Shown piece after piece: positions 27,922 through 37,328 of a stretch of 64,000 bases of DNA. This stretch comes from Gemmata palustris (GTDB lineage: Bacteria > Planctomycetota > Planctomycetia > Gemmatales > Gemmataceae). The notes beneath the pieces were generated by a model that worked only from the letters and a program-made list of their open reading frames with translations, did not search any database and had not been told where the DNA came from. The stretch's first letter is position 1; each line of letters opens with the position of its first letter. The position numbers and the translations under genes were made by a program. The stretch lies in NCBI RefSeq assembly GCF_017939745.1, contig NZ_JAGKQQ010000001.1, positions 6,089,299-6,153,298 on the forward strand, written 5' to 3'.

Positions 27922-28312
27922 ACTGTCTGTTCCCATTCGCCAGCGCGGGGCGGTCGTGAAGGTCGTGGTCCGCGTTGCGGGCACGCTCAACGAATTTGGT
28001 CCGTTCCCGGCGTACCTCGATACGGGCGCGAGCGTCACCGTTCTCGACCCGGGCGTGATTCACGTTCTCGGCGCCGAACCGATTGCGGAAGCCGGGTTGC
28101 ACGTCCTCGGGCGCGACACCGTGAGTCACCACGGCGTGTTCGTGGTGGAAATCGCCCTCGCGGACGCCGGCGAAAAACGGTGGCTCACCCTGGAAGCGCT
28201 CGACGGGCCGATTAACCCCAAAGGCACCGCGGCCGCGTTGGGACGCGACTTCCTCGAACACTTCGTCTTCACCTACGATGGGCCGGGCAACCGTGTTTGC
28301 CTGCGCTGGTGA
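27914..28312 (+). CDS. retropepsin-like (clan AA) aspartic protease domain protein
   Basis: AYLDTGASVTVLD signature plus …GRDFLEHF… flap/C-terminal region. 133 aa from the ATG at 27914. Confidence 0.6.
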   Translation: MSELSVPIRQRGAVVKVVVRVAGTLNEFGPFPAYLDTGASVTVLDPGVIHVLGAEPIAEAGLHVLGRDTVSHHGVFVVEIALADAGEKRWLTLEALDGPINPKGTAAALGRDFLEHFVFTYDGPGNRVCLRW

Positions 28313-28430
28313 ATCGCATTTCACGCATCTGCTTCGCGGGTCCGGGGAAGCGTCACTGTGCCATTGCTGCCCACTTGATACAGCAACGGATACGGCGTCC
28401 GACTTCGCACCACCTGTTTCCACGGCCCTC

Positions 28431-29144
28431 ATGCAGTTACTCGATCTCACATTGCCCGATCCCGCCGTAAACCTCGCGCTCGATGAAGCGCTGCTCGTGT
28501 CCGCGGAAGAAGGTACCGGTGGTGAGGTACTGCGACTCTGGGAGCAACCGACCCACGCGGTTGTGGTCGGGTCCGGTGGGTCGGTCGTGATCGATGTGAA
28601 CTTGTCCGCGTGCGCGGCGGACGGGGTGCCGGTGTTGCGCAGGGCGAGTGGGGGAGGAACGGTCCTGCTCGGTCCCGGGTGCCTGTGCTTCAGTCTCGTG
28701 CTGAGTTACGCCCGCGCCCCCGGGCTGAACGAGATCCCCGCCAGCAACCGGTACATCCTCGCGCGCATCGTGAACGCACTGAAACCGGTGGTCGCTGCGT
28801 CGGTGGAGGGAACGAGTGATCTGGCGGTGACCGGCGTGAAGTTTTCGGGAAACGCCCAGCAGCGCAAGCGCAAGTTCTTCCTCCACCACGGTACGCTGCT
28901 CTGCGGTTCCGACCTCGCACTCGTCGCGAAATACCTGAACCCGCCGGAGCGTCAGCCCGAGTACCGCCGGGACCGCGCGCACGGGGATTTCGTCACGAAC
29001 TTACCTCTGCGCGCGGAGGAGGCCAAGCAACTGCTCATCGCGGAGTGGCGCCCCGAGGGTGACTACGCTCCGGTGCCACTCCCCCAAGCGCACGCACTGG
29101 TCGCCGAAAAATACTCCCGTGTCGAGTGGAACCGGCGCCGTTAG
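28431..29144 (+). CDS. lipoate-protein ligase / octanoyltransferase family protein (BPL_LplA_LipB catalytic domain)
   Basis: RRASGGGTVLLGPG and KFSGNAQ (lysine) motifs of LplA/LipB. Start taken at the internal ATG 28431 (MQLLDL…). Confidence 0.7.
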   Translation: MQLLDLTLPDPAVNLALDEALLVSAEEGTGGEVLRLWEQPTHAVVVGSGGSVVIDVNLSACAADGVPVLRRASGGGTVLLGPGCLCFSLVLSYARAPGLNEIPASNRYILARIVNALKPVVAASVEGTSDLAVTGVKFSGNAQQRKRKFFLHHGTLLCGSDLALVAKYLNPPERQPEYRRDRAHGDFVTNLPLRAEEAKQLLIAEWRPEGDYAPVPLPQAHALVAEKYSRVEWNRRR

Positions 29145-29338
29145 CTATCAGATCTGCGGCATACAAATTGCCCCTGAGTTCACTTCTCGCGGATCGCAAC
29201 TCATAGAGCGGTCCTATCGATCCCGTTGGTTCGTGGTGATTTACCAATCCATCGAATTGTAGTACAACTCGTTTCAGGTTCGCGGACCGCGCCGACGCGG
29301 TGCCGGTCGGTTCGTGCCCCCTCTCCGAGGAACCTTCC

Positions 29339-30775
29339 ATGAGTCGCGTTCGGAACTCGGGCTGGACCCTGCCGGTGATAGCCGCCGGGAGTCTGATTGC
29401 GCTCGCGGCGTGGCAACTGGTGCCCGCCAACCAACCGCCTGCGCCGAAGCCGGACCAACCACTGGTCGCGGAGCCGGCTGCGGCCCAACCGCCGGCGGCC
29501 AACGACTTCGCCGCGGTCATGGCGAAGATGAAGGCCGCGAAAGCCGACATCGCGAAGAAGCATAACGAAATGCTGGCCGCGCGGTACGACCTCGCGGAGC
29601 GCGCCGCGGCGGACGGGAAGATGACGCGCGGCAAGGCCGTGCAGCAGGGGCCGCGCGCGAAGCTGGCCGCCGGGACCACGTGGGCCGCACTCGCGGACAT
29701 GAAGCCGGAAGAGATCCGCGAGAAGGGGCTGTTCCCCGCCGGGTACCTACCGCTGCCGCACCCGAACCACCCCGAAGGCGGGATGCTGTTCCCGAAGTTC
29801 CACATCGACGAAATCAAGAAACAAGAGGCGCGCGACCTGACGCGGTTCGATCTCGATTTCGACCTTCCCGACCACTTCCTGCCCGAGTTCCCGCCGCCGA
29901 TCTTCCTGACCACCCGACTCGACCTCGGCGACATCTCGAAGGGTAAGCTCGTCACCATCGACAACTTCGAGGAGCTGTTCAAGGACGCACTGAACCCGAA
30001 ACAACTGGAAGGGCTGCGGTTGCTCGTTACCCCGTTCCCGCAACAGCAGTTCAACATGACCGCCGACCGGCGCAGCGAGAAGGCGCACCGCGGTGTCACG
30101 TGCTTCGACTGTCACGTGAACGGCCACACGAACGCGGCCACGCACTTGGTCGGCGACATCCGACCGCAAGAGTTCCGGCACCGCATCGACGTGCCCTCGC
30201 TGCGTGGCGTGAACGTGCAGCGGCTGTTCGGCTCGCAGCGCGCACTGAAGAGTATCGAGGACTTCACCGAGTTCGAGCAACGGGCCGCGTACTTCGACGG
30301 CGACCACACGCAGGCCGCGCGGAAGGGCGTCAACCCGCTGGACCGCGGCACCCAGGTCCACTTCATGGCAGAGTTCCAGGATCTGGTCGACTTCCCGCCC
30401 GCACCGAAGCTGGATTTGTTCGGGAAACTCGATCAATCGAAGGCGACCGACAGCGAGAAGCGCGGCGAGGCGCTGTTCGTCGGTAAGGCGAAGTGTTCGA
30501 CGTGCCACCCGGCCCCGTACTACACCGACAATACGCTACACAACTTGCAGACCGAACGGTTCTTTAAGCCGGTGACGGTACTCGGGCGGACGGCGAGCGT
30601 AGACGGGCCGATCAAGACGTTCCCGCTCCGCGGTATCAAGGACAGCCCGCCGTACCTGCACGACGGCCGGTTGCTCACGCTCGAAGACACGGTCGAGTTC
30701 TTCAACCTGATTCTCGAAACGAAACTCACCGAGGACGAGAAGAAAGATCTGGTCGCGTTTATGAAGTGCCTGTAA
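29339..30775 (+). CDS. di-haem cytochrome c peroxidase-family protein (signal-anchored)
   Basis: Two CxxCH haem motifs (CFDCH, CSTCH). N-terminal TM/signal. Confidence 0.7.
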   Translation: MSRVRNSGWTLPVIAAGSLIALAAWQLVPANQPPAPKPDQPLVAEPAAAQPPAANDFAAVMAKMKAAKADIAKKHNEMLAARYDLAERAAADGKMTRGKAVQQGPRAKLAAGTTWAALADMKPEEIREKGLFPAGYLPLPHPNHPEGGMLFPKFHIDEIKKQEARDLTRFDLDFDLPDHFLPEFPPPIFLTTRLDLGDISKGKLVTIDNFEELFKDALNPKQLEGLRLLVTPFPQQQFNMTADRRSEKAHRGVTCFDCHVNGHTNAATHLVGDIRPQEFRHRIDVPSLRGVNVQRLFGSQRALKSIEDFTEFEQRAAYFDGDHTQAARKGVNPLDRGTQVHFMAEFQDLVDFPPAPKLDLFGKLDQSKATDSEKRGEALFVGKAKCSTCHPAPYYTDNTLHNLQTERFFKPVTVLGRTASVDGPIKTFPLRGIKDSPPYLHDGRLLTLEDTVEFFNLILETKLTEDEKKDLVAFMKCL

Positions 30776-30781
30776 TCCGGA

Positions 30782-31132
30782 TTTCGTTGGGATTTTGTAG
30801 GGTGGGTCCAGGCTTTGCGCAGGCCCACCAGCCGGTCTTTGGCTTGCTGGTAGGCCCGGGGCTTGCGAGGCATTTTTGGTCTTGTGGGTCTTGTAGGGTG
30901 GGTCCGGGCTCTGCGCCGGCCCCTATCCGGTCTTCGACTCGTCAATGAGGAGCTTGCGAGCGCTTCGTTTATATTCGCGCTCGCAAGCAGGTGTGGTGGG
31001 TCTGCGCAGAGCCTGGACCCACCCTACAACTACAACAAAGAGCTTGCGGGCGCTTCGTTTGTATTCGCGCTCGCAAGCGGGTGTGGTGGGCCTGCGCAAA
31101 GCCTGGACCCACCCTACAAAATCCCAACGAAA
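30782..31132. mobile_element. 351-bp MITE-like / nested REP-like element with perfect 48-bp terminal inverted repeats
   Basis: tttcgttgggattttgtagggtgggtccaggctttgcgcaggcccacc (30782-30829) is the exact reverse complement of 31085-31132. Internal imperfect inverted pair at 30891-30923 / 30995-31030. Two ~90-bp direct units each carrying a 12-bp-stem hairpin gcttgcgagcgc…gcgctcgcaagc (30951-30987, 31041-31077). Confidence 0.65.
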
Positions 31133-31135
31133 CCC

Positions 31136-32866
31136 TTACCCGACCTTCGCGTGTGTGCCGTTCGTGCTCGGCGGCTTGCTCTCGGTGGGTGATTCGCTGG
31201 TGAGCTTCGCGAGGTACTCGGGCACCTCCACGCCGCCGATGTCCTTCATCACTTGCATCATCGGCGGCATCATCCGGGCCATGTTCTGAAGGAACGAAGC
31301 CGTGCTCGACGTGCCGGCGGCCGCGTTCCCTCCCCCACCACCTTCCCACACCACCACCTTGTCGAACTTGATGTTCGAGATGGCCTTCGCGGAGGCGTCC
31401 GCGAGCGCGTCCATGTGTTCGAGCATGAGCAACTGGAACGCGGCCTGTGGGCTGCCGCACGCATCGATGATCTTCTTCAACCCCTCGCCCTTCTTCGCCA
31501 GGATCTCGAATTGGCCGCGGGCCTCGGCTTCGAGCTTCGCGTAGATGGTCGCGGCGGCGGCTTGCGCTTCGAGCTTCACGCGCTCCGCAGCGGCCTCGGC
31601 GTCCACGATTATCTTCGCCTTCTGAGCCTTCGCGGGAGCTTCGAGCGCGGCGCGCTGTTCGGCTTCGATCTTCTCGGCCTGTGCGAGTGCGGCCCGGGCC
31701 ATCGCCTTGTTCTGCGCTTCCAGAACCGCGGCTTCCGCTTCGCGCTTCTTCGTTTCGGAAATTTGATACGCCTCGGCGTTCTTCACCGCGAGCGTGGCCT
31801 GCGCGCCCGCGATACTGGCTTGCGCAGTGGCCTCACCGCCGATCGCTGTGGCATTGGCTTCAGCCAAACGCACGCGCTTGTCGCGGTCGGCCTCGGCGAT
31901 GCGCGATTCCCGCTCGAACACGGCTTGCTGCTCGCCGACCTTCTGGTCGCGGTCGAGTTCGGCGATGCGGATCGCTTGCTGGCGCTGCGATTCCTTGATG
32001 AGCGTTTCTTGTTCGAGCAGCGCGGTCTGCTCGCCGACCTCCCGGTCCTTGTCGAGTTGGGCGACCTTGATGGCCTGCTCGCGGGTCGCTTCGCGGGTGC
32101 CGATCTCGCGCACCTTCGTCGCGTTCGCGACCGAGATGGCCCGCTCGCGCTCGGCCTCCGCGACGCCGATCTGCCCCTTCTTCTCTTGTTCCGCCACGTC
32201 GATTTTCGCTTGCTGGATCGCGACCGCGGCCGCCTTCCGGCCGATGGCCTCGATGTAGCCGCTCTCGTCCGTGATGTCGGTGATGTTCACGTTGATGAGC
32301 ACGAGGCCGATCTTCTTCAGCTCCGGTTCGAGCGACTTCTGCACGCTCTCCAAGAACTGGTCGCGGTTGCGGTTGATGTCCTCGATCCGCATGGACGCGA
32401 TCACCTGCCGCAGTTGGCCGAAGATGATGTCGCGCGCCTGTTCCTTGATCTCCTGGGTGCCGAGACCGAGGAGCCGGATCGCGGCGTTCTGCATCGTTTC
32501 CGGGTCGGTGCCGATGGCGACGGTGAACACGCTGGGCACGTTCACGCGGATGTTCTCGATCGAGAGGGCGCCCTTGAGCGGCACTTCGATCTGGATCGGG
32601 TCGAGGTTGAGGTAGGCGTAGTCCTGAACGAGGGGCAGCACGAACGCCGCACCGCCGTGGACGCACTTGGCCGCGTTCCCGCCGCCGGTCTTACCGTAGA
32701 TCACGAGGATGCGGTTCGAGGGGCAGCGCTTGTAGCGCCTCACGAGGAGCATGAGGAGGCTGAAGAGGACCAGCCCGGCGGCCAGTGCGGTGACGACCGG
32801 CCACGGGACGTCCGCGAGGTTCGGGTCGCCGGATTTCGATTGAGCGAGGAGAGCGAGCGACAACAT
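31136..32866 (-). CDS. floT: flotillin-like SPFH/band-7 protein (YqiK/FloT type)
   Basis: N-terminal TM, SPFH domain, long Ala/Glu/Lys coiled-coil repeats. Start at MLSL… with GGAG 7 nt upstream. Confidence 0.85.
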   Translation of the reverse strand: MLSLALLAQSKSGDPNLADVPWPVVTALAAGLVLFSLLMLLVRRYKRCPSNRILVIYGKTGGGNAAKCVHGGAAFVLPLVQDYAYLNLDPIQIEVPLKGALSIENIRVNVPSVFTVAIGTDPETMQNAAIRLLGLGTQEIKEQARDIIFGQLRQVIASMRIEDINRNRDQFLESVQKSLEPELKKIGLVLINVNITDITDESGYIEAIGRKAAAVAIQQAKIDVAEQEKKGQIGVAEAERERAISVANATKVREIGTREATREQAIKVAQLDKDREVGEQTALLEQETLIKESQRQQAIRIAELDRDQKVGEQQAVFERESRIAEADRDKRVRLAEANATAIGGEATAQASIAGAQATLAVKNAEAYQISETKKREAEAAVLEAQNKAMARAALAQAEKIEAEQRAALEAPAKAQKAKIIVDAEAAAERVKLEAQAAAATIYAKLEAEARGQFEILAKKGEGLKKIIDACGSPQAAFQLLMLEHMDALADASAKAISNIKFDKVVVWEGGGGGNAAAGTSSTASFLQNMARMMPPMMQVMKDIGGVEVPEYLAKLTSESPTESKPPSTNGTHAKVG

Positions 32867-32891
32867 GATGTAACTCCGGTTGGGTGCGGCA

Positions 32892-33455
32892 TCAGGCCGC
32901 TTCGACTTCAACGGTGTCCGAGTTGATTACGGCGACGACTTTGATCGGTTTGCCGGTCGCGAGTTCGGTGCCCGCGGTCATCGCCTGGCACTCAACGGTG
33001 CGGTTCTGGAGCGCGAGGTGAACTTTCCCCGAACCCTCTTTCGCGCCGGGGACGCGCAGGTACACGGTACCCGTACAGCCGACCGAGCGCTCGACGCGAA
33101 CGGTGCCGTCGGCCTTGAGTTGCTTCAGCGTGTTCATCGCGGTCGCGACGAGGTAGAAGGTGGCTGCGCCCGAACCGAGGGCCGCGCCGAAGGCCGCGAG
33201 TTCGCTCGCCCCGTAATAGCGCGCCGTCAGCCCACCGAGACCGAAGAACAGCAGCCCGGACGTGAGGGTCCGAACGGACAACATCCCGAAGAACCAGTTA
33301 CTAACGCCTTTTTCGTGCAGCCCGTCGTGGGCGGTATCGTGACCCGTGTCGTGATCGGTATCGTGATCGCCGCCGAACCCGATCATCCCCGCAACAAGCA
33401 GACAAACAACGAGCGTGCCGCCCGTAACCGCACAAACCAAGAAAATCGTTTCCAT
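32892..33455 (-). CDS. nfeD: NfeD-like (YqiJ) membrane protein, operon partner of flotillin
   Basis: Membrane helices plus a C-terminal OB-fold-like beta domain. Located immediately upstream of the flotillin gene on the same strand. Confidence 0.7.
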   Translation of the reverse strand: METIFLVCAVTGGTLVVCLLVAGMIGFGGDHDTDHDTGHDTAHDGLHEKGVSNWFFGMLSVRTLTSGLLFFGLGGLTARYYGASELAAFGAALGSGAATFYLVATAMNTLKQLKADGTVRVERSVGCTGTVYLRVPGAKEGSGKVHLALQNRTVECQAMTAGTELATGKPIKVVAVINSDTVEVEAA

Positions 33456-33686
33456 AATGGTCTCCGCCGGAGATTTCCGCTCGCACCCTGACGAAAATCG
33501 AGCGCTGCTACCCGGGCATTCGTTGGAACACCCTGATGATTTGAGAAGTTCGGGGAGGAGTCAACGAAAACCCGCAATCTGCCCAATCGAACGAAGCTTC
33601 ACAACCGAAAAAAACGACAGAACACGGGCAATCGGCGGCCGGGACATTCATTCGCGCCAGACACGCGGCGTGGTATCCTGTCAGCC

Positions 33687-35915
33687 ATGAAAACCACCAT
33701 CGCGCTCGCCCTAACCCTATCCAGTGCCGCCTTCGCGCACGCGGCCGACCCTACCCCAAGTAAATCCGTGGACACGTCGTTCCTGAAGAAGTTCGCGGAG
33801 ACGCGGCGGTTCATGTTGGGCCGCCCGCAAAACCCCAAAATCGCGCCCGATGGCAAGACGGTGCTGTTCCTCCGCGCCGAGGTCGACAAGCCCACGCTCA
33901 AGCTGTTCGAGTTCGATGTCGCGACCGCGCGGACGAAAGAAATTCTCTCTCCGGAGTCGCTGCTCAAAGGAAGTGCGGAGAACCTCACGCCCGAGGAGAA
34001 GGCCCGACGCGAGCGGATGCGGCTCTCCGCCGGCGGCTTCGCGGACTTCCACTTCGACAAAGACGGGACGAACATTCTTCTGCCGCTATCGGGCAAGTTG
34101 TTCGTGTACGAGCGCGCGACCGGGAAGGTCACCCAACTGAAGACCGGCGAGGGCGGCTCGGTCGTCGATCCGAAGTGGTCGCCGGACGGGAAGAAGGTCG
34201 CGTATGTTCGCGGGTTCGATGTGTTCGTGTGCGACCTCGCCACAAACACAGAGACCGCGGTCACGAAGGGCGGCACCGCGATCAAAACGCACGGACTGGC
34301 CGAGTTCGTGGCGCAAGAAGAAATGGGGCGGTTTACCGGGTACTGGTGGGCGCCCGATGGCAAGCACATCGCTTACGAAGAAGCCGACCACACCGGCGTC
34401 GAGACGTGGTTCGTCGCGGACCCGTTCAAACCGGACGCGAAACCGGCCGAGCAGTTCTACCCGCGCCCGGGCAAGAAGAACGTGAGCGTGCGATTGGGCG
34501 TGGTTCCAGTTGGGGGCGGGAAGACGGAATGGGTCGCGTGGGATCGTGAGAAGTACGAGTATTTGGCCGCAGTCAAGTGGGACAAGCGGGGCGGATTGAC
34601 CGCTCAACTTCAGAGCCGCAAGCAAAACAACATCGCACTGTATCAGGTTCAACCGGGAAGCGGGGAACTGAAGTTACTACTCAACGACGACACTCCCGGG
34701 GCCTGGACCAACTTACGGGGGTCGTTCCCGTGGTGGCTCGATAGTGACCGCTTTTTGTGGATCACAGAAAATGACGGCGACGCGCGGCTCGCCCTGTTCG
34801 ATCTCACACGGCCTTCCGAGAAGCCGGCGCGCTTCATCACCCCGTCCGACCTTCAAGTGACAGACATTGCTCAGCTCGATGAGAAAACAGGCGGCTTGCT
34901 CATTCAGGCAACGGACGACCCGTCACAGTCGAAGCTGTGGGCCGTCGGTACCAACCGGCCGGACGGCTCGGTAATCGCGCAAATCGACCGCACGGCCGCT
35001 CCAGGTATTCGCACAGCAGTCTACTCACCCGACATCAACATTAGCGTTCAGACCACGACCACACTTCAGCAGATGCCGAAATCCGTGGTGGGGTTTGAAG
35101 GCAATCGTGCGCTGGGCGAGTTACCGTCCGTCGCGATCGAACCAGACATCAAACTGAACGTGAAAATCGAGAAGGTCGGCGACTACTGGACCGCGGTCGT
35201 GCGGCCCCGCAACTTCGACCCGAAGAAAAAGTACCCGGTGATTGTGGACGTGTACGGCGGGCCGAAGCACCTGCACGTTGTCCAGGCGATGCGGAACTGG
35301 CTCGTCCCGCAATGGCTCGCGGATCAGGGGTTCGTTGTGGTCGCGGTTGATAATCGCGGAACGCCCGGCCGCGGGCGCGAGTGGGAGCGGAGCATCTACC
35401 AGAAGTTCGGTACCGTGCCCTTGGAAGATCAGGTGAAGGGGCTGAACCTCCTGTGCGCCAAGTTCCCGGAATTGGACAAGGACCGCGTGGGGATCGTGGG
35501 GTGGTCGTTCGGCGGGTACATGGCCGCGAACGGCGTGCTCCGCGCACCGGAAGTGTTCAAGGCCGCTGTTGCGGGCGCCCCGGTCACCGACTGGGAGGAC
35601 TACGACACGCACTACACCGAGCGCTACATGGGCTTACTTCCCGAATCCAGAAAGCAGTACGACGACGCGAGCCTGCTCCCGCTCGCCAAAGACCTAAAGC
35701 GCCCGCTGTTGCTGGTCCACGGCACCGCGGACGACAACGTGTACTACCGCCACACGCTGAAGCTCTCGAACGCACTGTTCCGTGCCGGCCGCGACTTTGA
35801 ATCACTGCCGTTACCGGGCGTCACGCACATGTACACGTCCGACCCGGTGGTGATGGAGCGCTTGTGGGCGAAGACCGCCACGTTCTTCAAAACTCACTTG
35901 GGCGAACCGAAGTGA
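33687..35915 (+). CDS. S9-family serine peptidase (dipeptidyl-peptidase IV-like), secreted
   Basis: Signal peptide, N-terminal beta-propeller region, C-terminal alpha/beta hydrolase with GWSFGGY nucleophile elbow. Confidence 0.85.
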   Translation: MKTTIALALTLSSAAFAHAADPTPSKSVDTSFLKKFAETRRFMLGRPQNPKIAPDGKTVLFLRAEVDKPTLKLFEFDVATARTKEILSPESLLKGSAENLTPEEKARRERMRLSAGGFADFHFDKDGTNILLPLSGKLFVYERATGKVTQLKTGEGGSVVDPKWSPDGKKVAYVRGFDVFVCDLATNTETAVTKGGTAIKTHGLAEFVAQEEMGRFTGYWWAPDGKHIAYEEADHTGVETWFVADPFKPDAKPAEQFYPRPGKKNVSVRLGVVPVGGGKTEWVAWDREKYEYLAAVKWDKRGGLTAQLQSRKQNNIALYQVQPGSGELKLLLNDDTPGAWTNLRGSFPWWLDSDRFLWITENDGDARLALFDLTRPSEKPARFITPSDLQVTDIAQLDEKTGGLLIQATDDPSQSKLWAVGTNRPDGSVIAQIDRTAAPGIRTAVYSPDINISVQTTTTLQQMPKSVVGFEGNRALGELPSVAIEPDIKLNVKIEKVGDYWTAVVRPRNFDPKKKYPVIVDVYGGPKHLHVVQAMRNWLVPQWLADQGFVVVAVDNRGTPGRGREWERSIYQKFGTVPLEDQVKGLNLLCAKFPELDKDRVGIVGWSFGGYMAANGVLRAPEVFKAAVAGAPVTDWEDYDTHYTERYMGLLPESRKQYDDASLLPLAKDLKRPLLLVHGTADDNVYYRHTLKLSNALFRAGRDFESLPLPGVTHMYTSDPVVMERLWAKTATFFKTHLGEPK

Positions 35916-35924
35916 GGATTAATT

Positions 35925-36524
35925 GTGATTCGGAGTGAGATTTCGGGACGAAAACGGCTCTTGAAAGGGTGTGCCATTGCGTGGACGGTGGCGCACCTCT
36001 TCCCAGACTATTCATGTCGGCGGGCTCTTCTTGTCGCAGAAAAACTCGCTGACGGGAACGCAACCAGCGATGACTGGTCGGCTGCTATCTCGCAATGCGG
36101 TGCGCACCTCTATCACCTGCGAATGACGGAGGACGCGAAAGTTGCAGCCGACATGGTGTGTTGGATTCACCTTTGTGGTAGAACACCGCCCGATCAACTT
36201 TACGAACGACTACTACACACCGCGGCAGGCGCACTCGCCCGACCAACCCAGGAGCGAGATTATTGGCTGAGCCATTTTCAATCTCTTTTTAACGATATTG
36301 AAACACATTCAGGACCATTTTCTCCATCGTGGCGTACCGGAACTGTCGGATCACTTGCTCGTGTAATGTACGAGTCACGCGACTTCAGCGCGATGCCGAT
36401 CCTGGCCGACGCACTTCAGGACGCCGGCTGCGACAACGCCGACATTCTTTCTCACTGCCGCGATACGTCGCTGACACACGTCCGCGGGTGCTGGGTTGTT
36501 GACCTCGCACTCGGCAAGCAGTGA
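35925..36524 (+). CDS. hypothetical protein (conserved C-terminal MPILADALQDAGC…HCR…HVRGCWVVDL motif)
   Basis: 199-aa ORF with lower GC than its surroundings. Family not securely identified. Confidence 0.45.
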   Translation: MIRSEISGRKRLLKGCAIAWTVAHLFPDYSCRRALLVAEKLADGNATSDDWSAAISQCGAHLYHLRMTEDAKVAADMVCWIHLCGRTPPDQLYERLLHTAAGALARPTQERDYWLSHFQSLFNDIETHSGPFSPSWRTGTVGSLARVMYESRDFSAMPILADALQDAGCDNADILSHCRDTSLTHVRGCWVVDLALGKQ

Positions 36525-36551
36525 CGTTAATCTCACGGTGAGGAGGCTCAT

Positions 36552-37145
36552 ATGACTGCTAACCCACCCCCATCATCGGAACGCTCGCGCCGGTTGACCC
36601 GAGAGCAGTATTACGAACTCGGTAACCGCGGCTTCTTCGACGGTAAGCGGGTCGAACTCATTTTCGGAGAGGTCGTCGAAATGAGTCCGATCAACTGGCC
36701 CCACGCGCTCGGTGTAGGACTCGTCACGGACATACTCCGGGTTGCTTTCACACCAGACTACTGGATCAACGTCCAGCAACCGTTCTCGGTGTTGGGCTTG
36801 GCTTTTGGTTCGGAACCACAACCGGACGTGGCCGTAATTCCGGGCACGAAACGAGACTACACCGATCACCCGACCGTCGCGGCCCTGATCGTCGAAGTCG
36901 CGGACGCAACCCTGTCTAACGACCTCACGACGAAGGCCGAACTGTACGCGACCGCGCACGTCCCCGAATATTGGGTGTTGGACGTGGCGAACCGACAACT
37001 CCACGTCTTCCGCAACCCGGCGCCTCTCGCCGCCGGATTAGACGCCACGGCCTACGGCTCGCACGCGACACTGGCACCCACAGACACCGTTTCGCCGCTC
37101 GCGGCCCCCGGCGCATCGATCCGGGTTAGCGATCTTCTGCCGTGA
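36552..37145 (+). CDS. Uma2-family (DUF820) putative restriction-endonuclease-like protein
   Basis: Typical Uma2 layout: …LTREQYYEL……PDVAVIPG…YWVLDV… PD-(D/E)xK-like core. Confidence 0.75.
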   Translation: MTANPPPSSERSRRLTREQYYELGNRGFFDGKRVELIFGEVVEMSPINWPHALGVGLVTDILRVAFTPDYWINVQQPFSVLGLAFGSEPQPDVAVIPGTKRDYTDHPTVAALIVEVADATLSNDLTTKAELYATAHVPEYWVLDVANRQLHVFRNPAPLAAGLDATAYGSHATLAPTDTVSPLAAPGASIRVSDLLP

Positions 37146-37241
37146 ACACGAACCACCGCGTTGTCGCGGGGCGCCGCGTCCACTATGCTTATTAAACGAG
37201 CGAACTTGCAGACACTTTCGGGTGCCGGGTGAGTGCGCCAC

Positions 37242-37328
37242 GGAGAGGTGGCAGAGTGGTCGATTGTGCAGCACTGGAAATGCTGTGTACGGGAAACCGT
37301 ACCGAGGGTTCGAATCCCTCCCTCTCCG
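37242..37328 (+). tRNA. tRNA-Ser (anticodon GGA)
   Basis: Acceptor GGAGAGG/CCTCTCC. Anticodon stem CAGCA/TGCTG with loop CTGGAAA. Long variable arm GTACGGGAAACCGTAC. T-loop GAGGG-TTCGAAT-CCCTC. Discriminator G. Confidence 0.9.

Noticed and set aside
30782-31132. Possible CRISPR array, because of multiple copies of a ~35-bp repeat.
   Set aside because: Copies occur in both orientations as a perfect terminal inverted pair, spacers are unequal in length, and the repeats are themselves palindromic and embedded in 90-bp direct units. There are no cas genes. The locus is better explained as a MITE/REP-like element.
30863-31460. Track ORFs 30863..31192 (+), 30945..31289 (+) and 30969..31460 (-), which encode repeated peptides (…SLRALRLYSRSQAGVVGLR…).
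   Set aside because: They are translations of the direct and inverted DNA repeats of the MITE-like element. The peptide repetition mirrors the nucleotide repeats, and there is no RBS and no independent support.
31253-32926. 557-aa plus-strand ORF 31253..32926.
   Set aside because: It is antisense to the flotillin gene, which has a clear SPFH domain and RBS.
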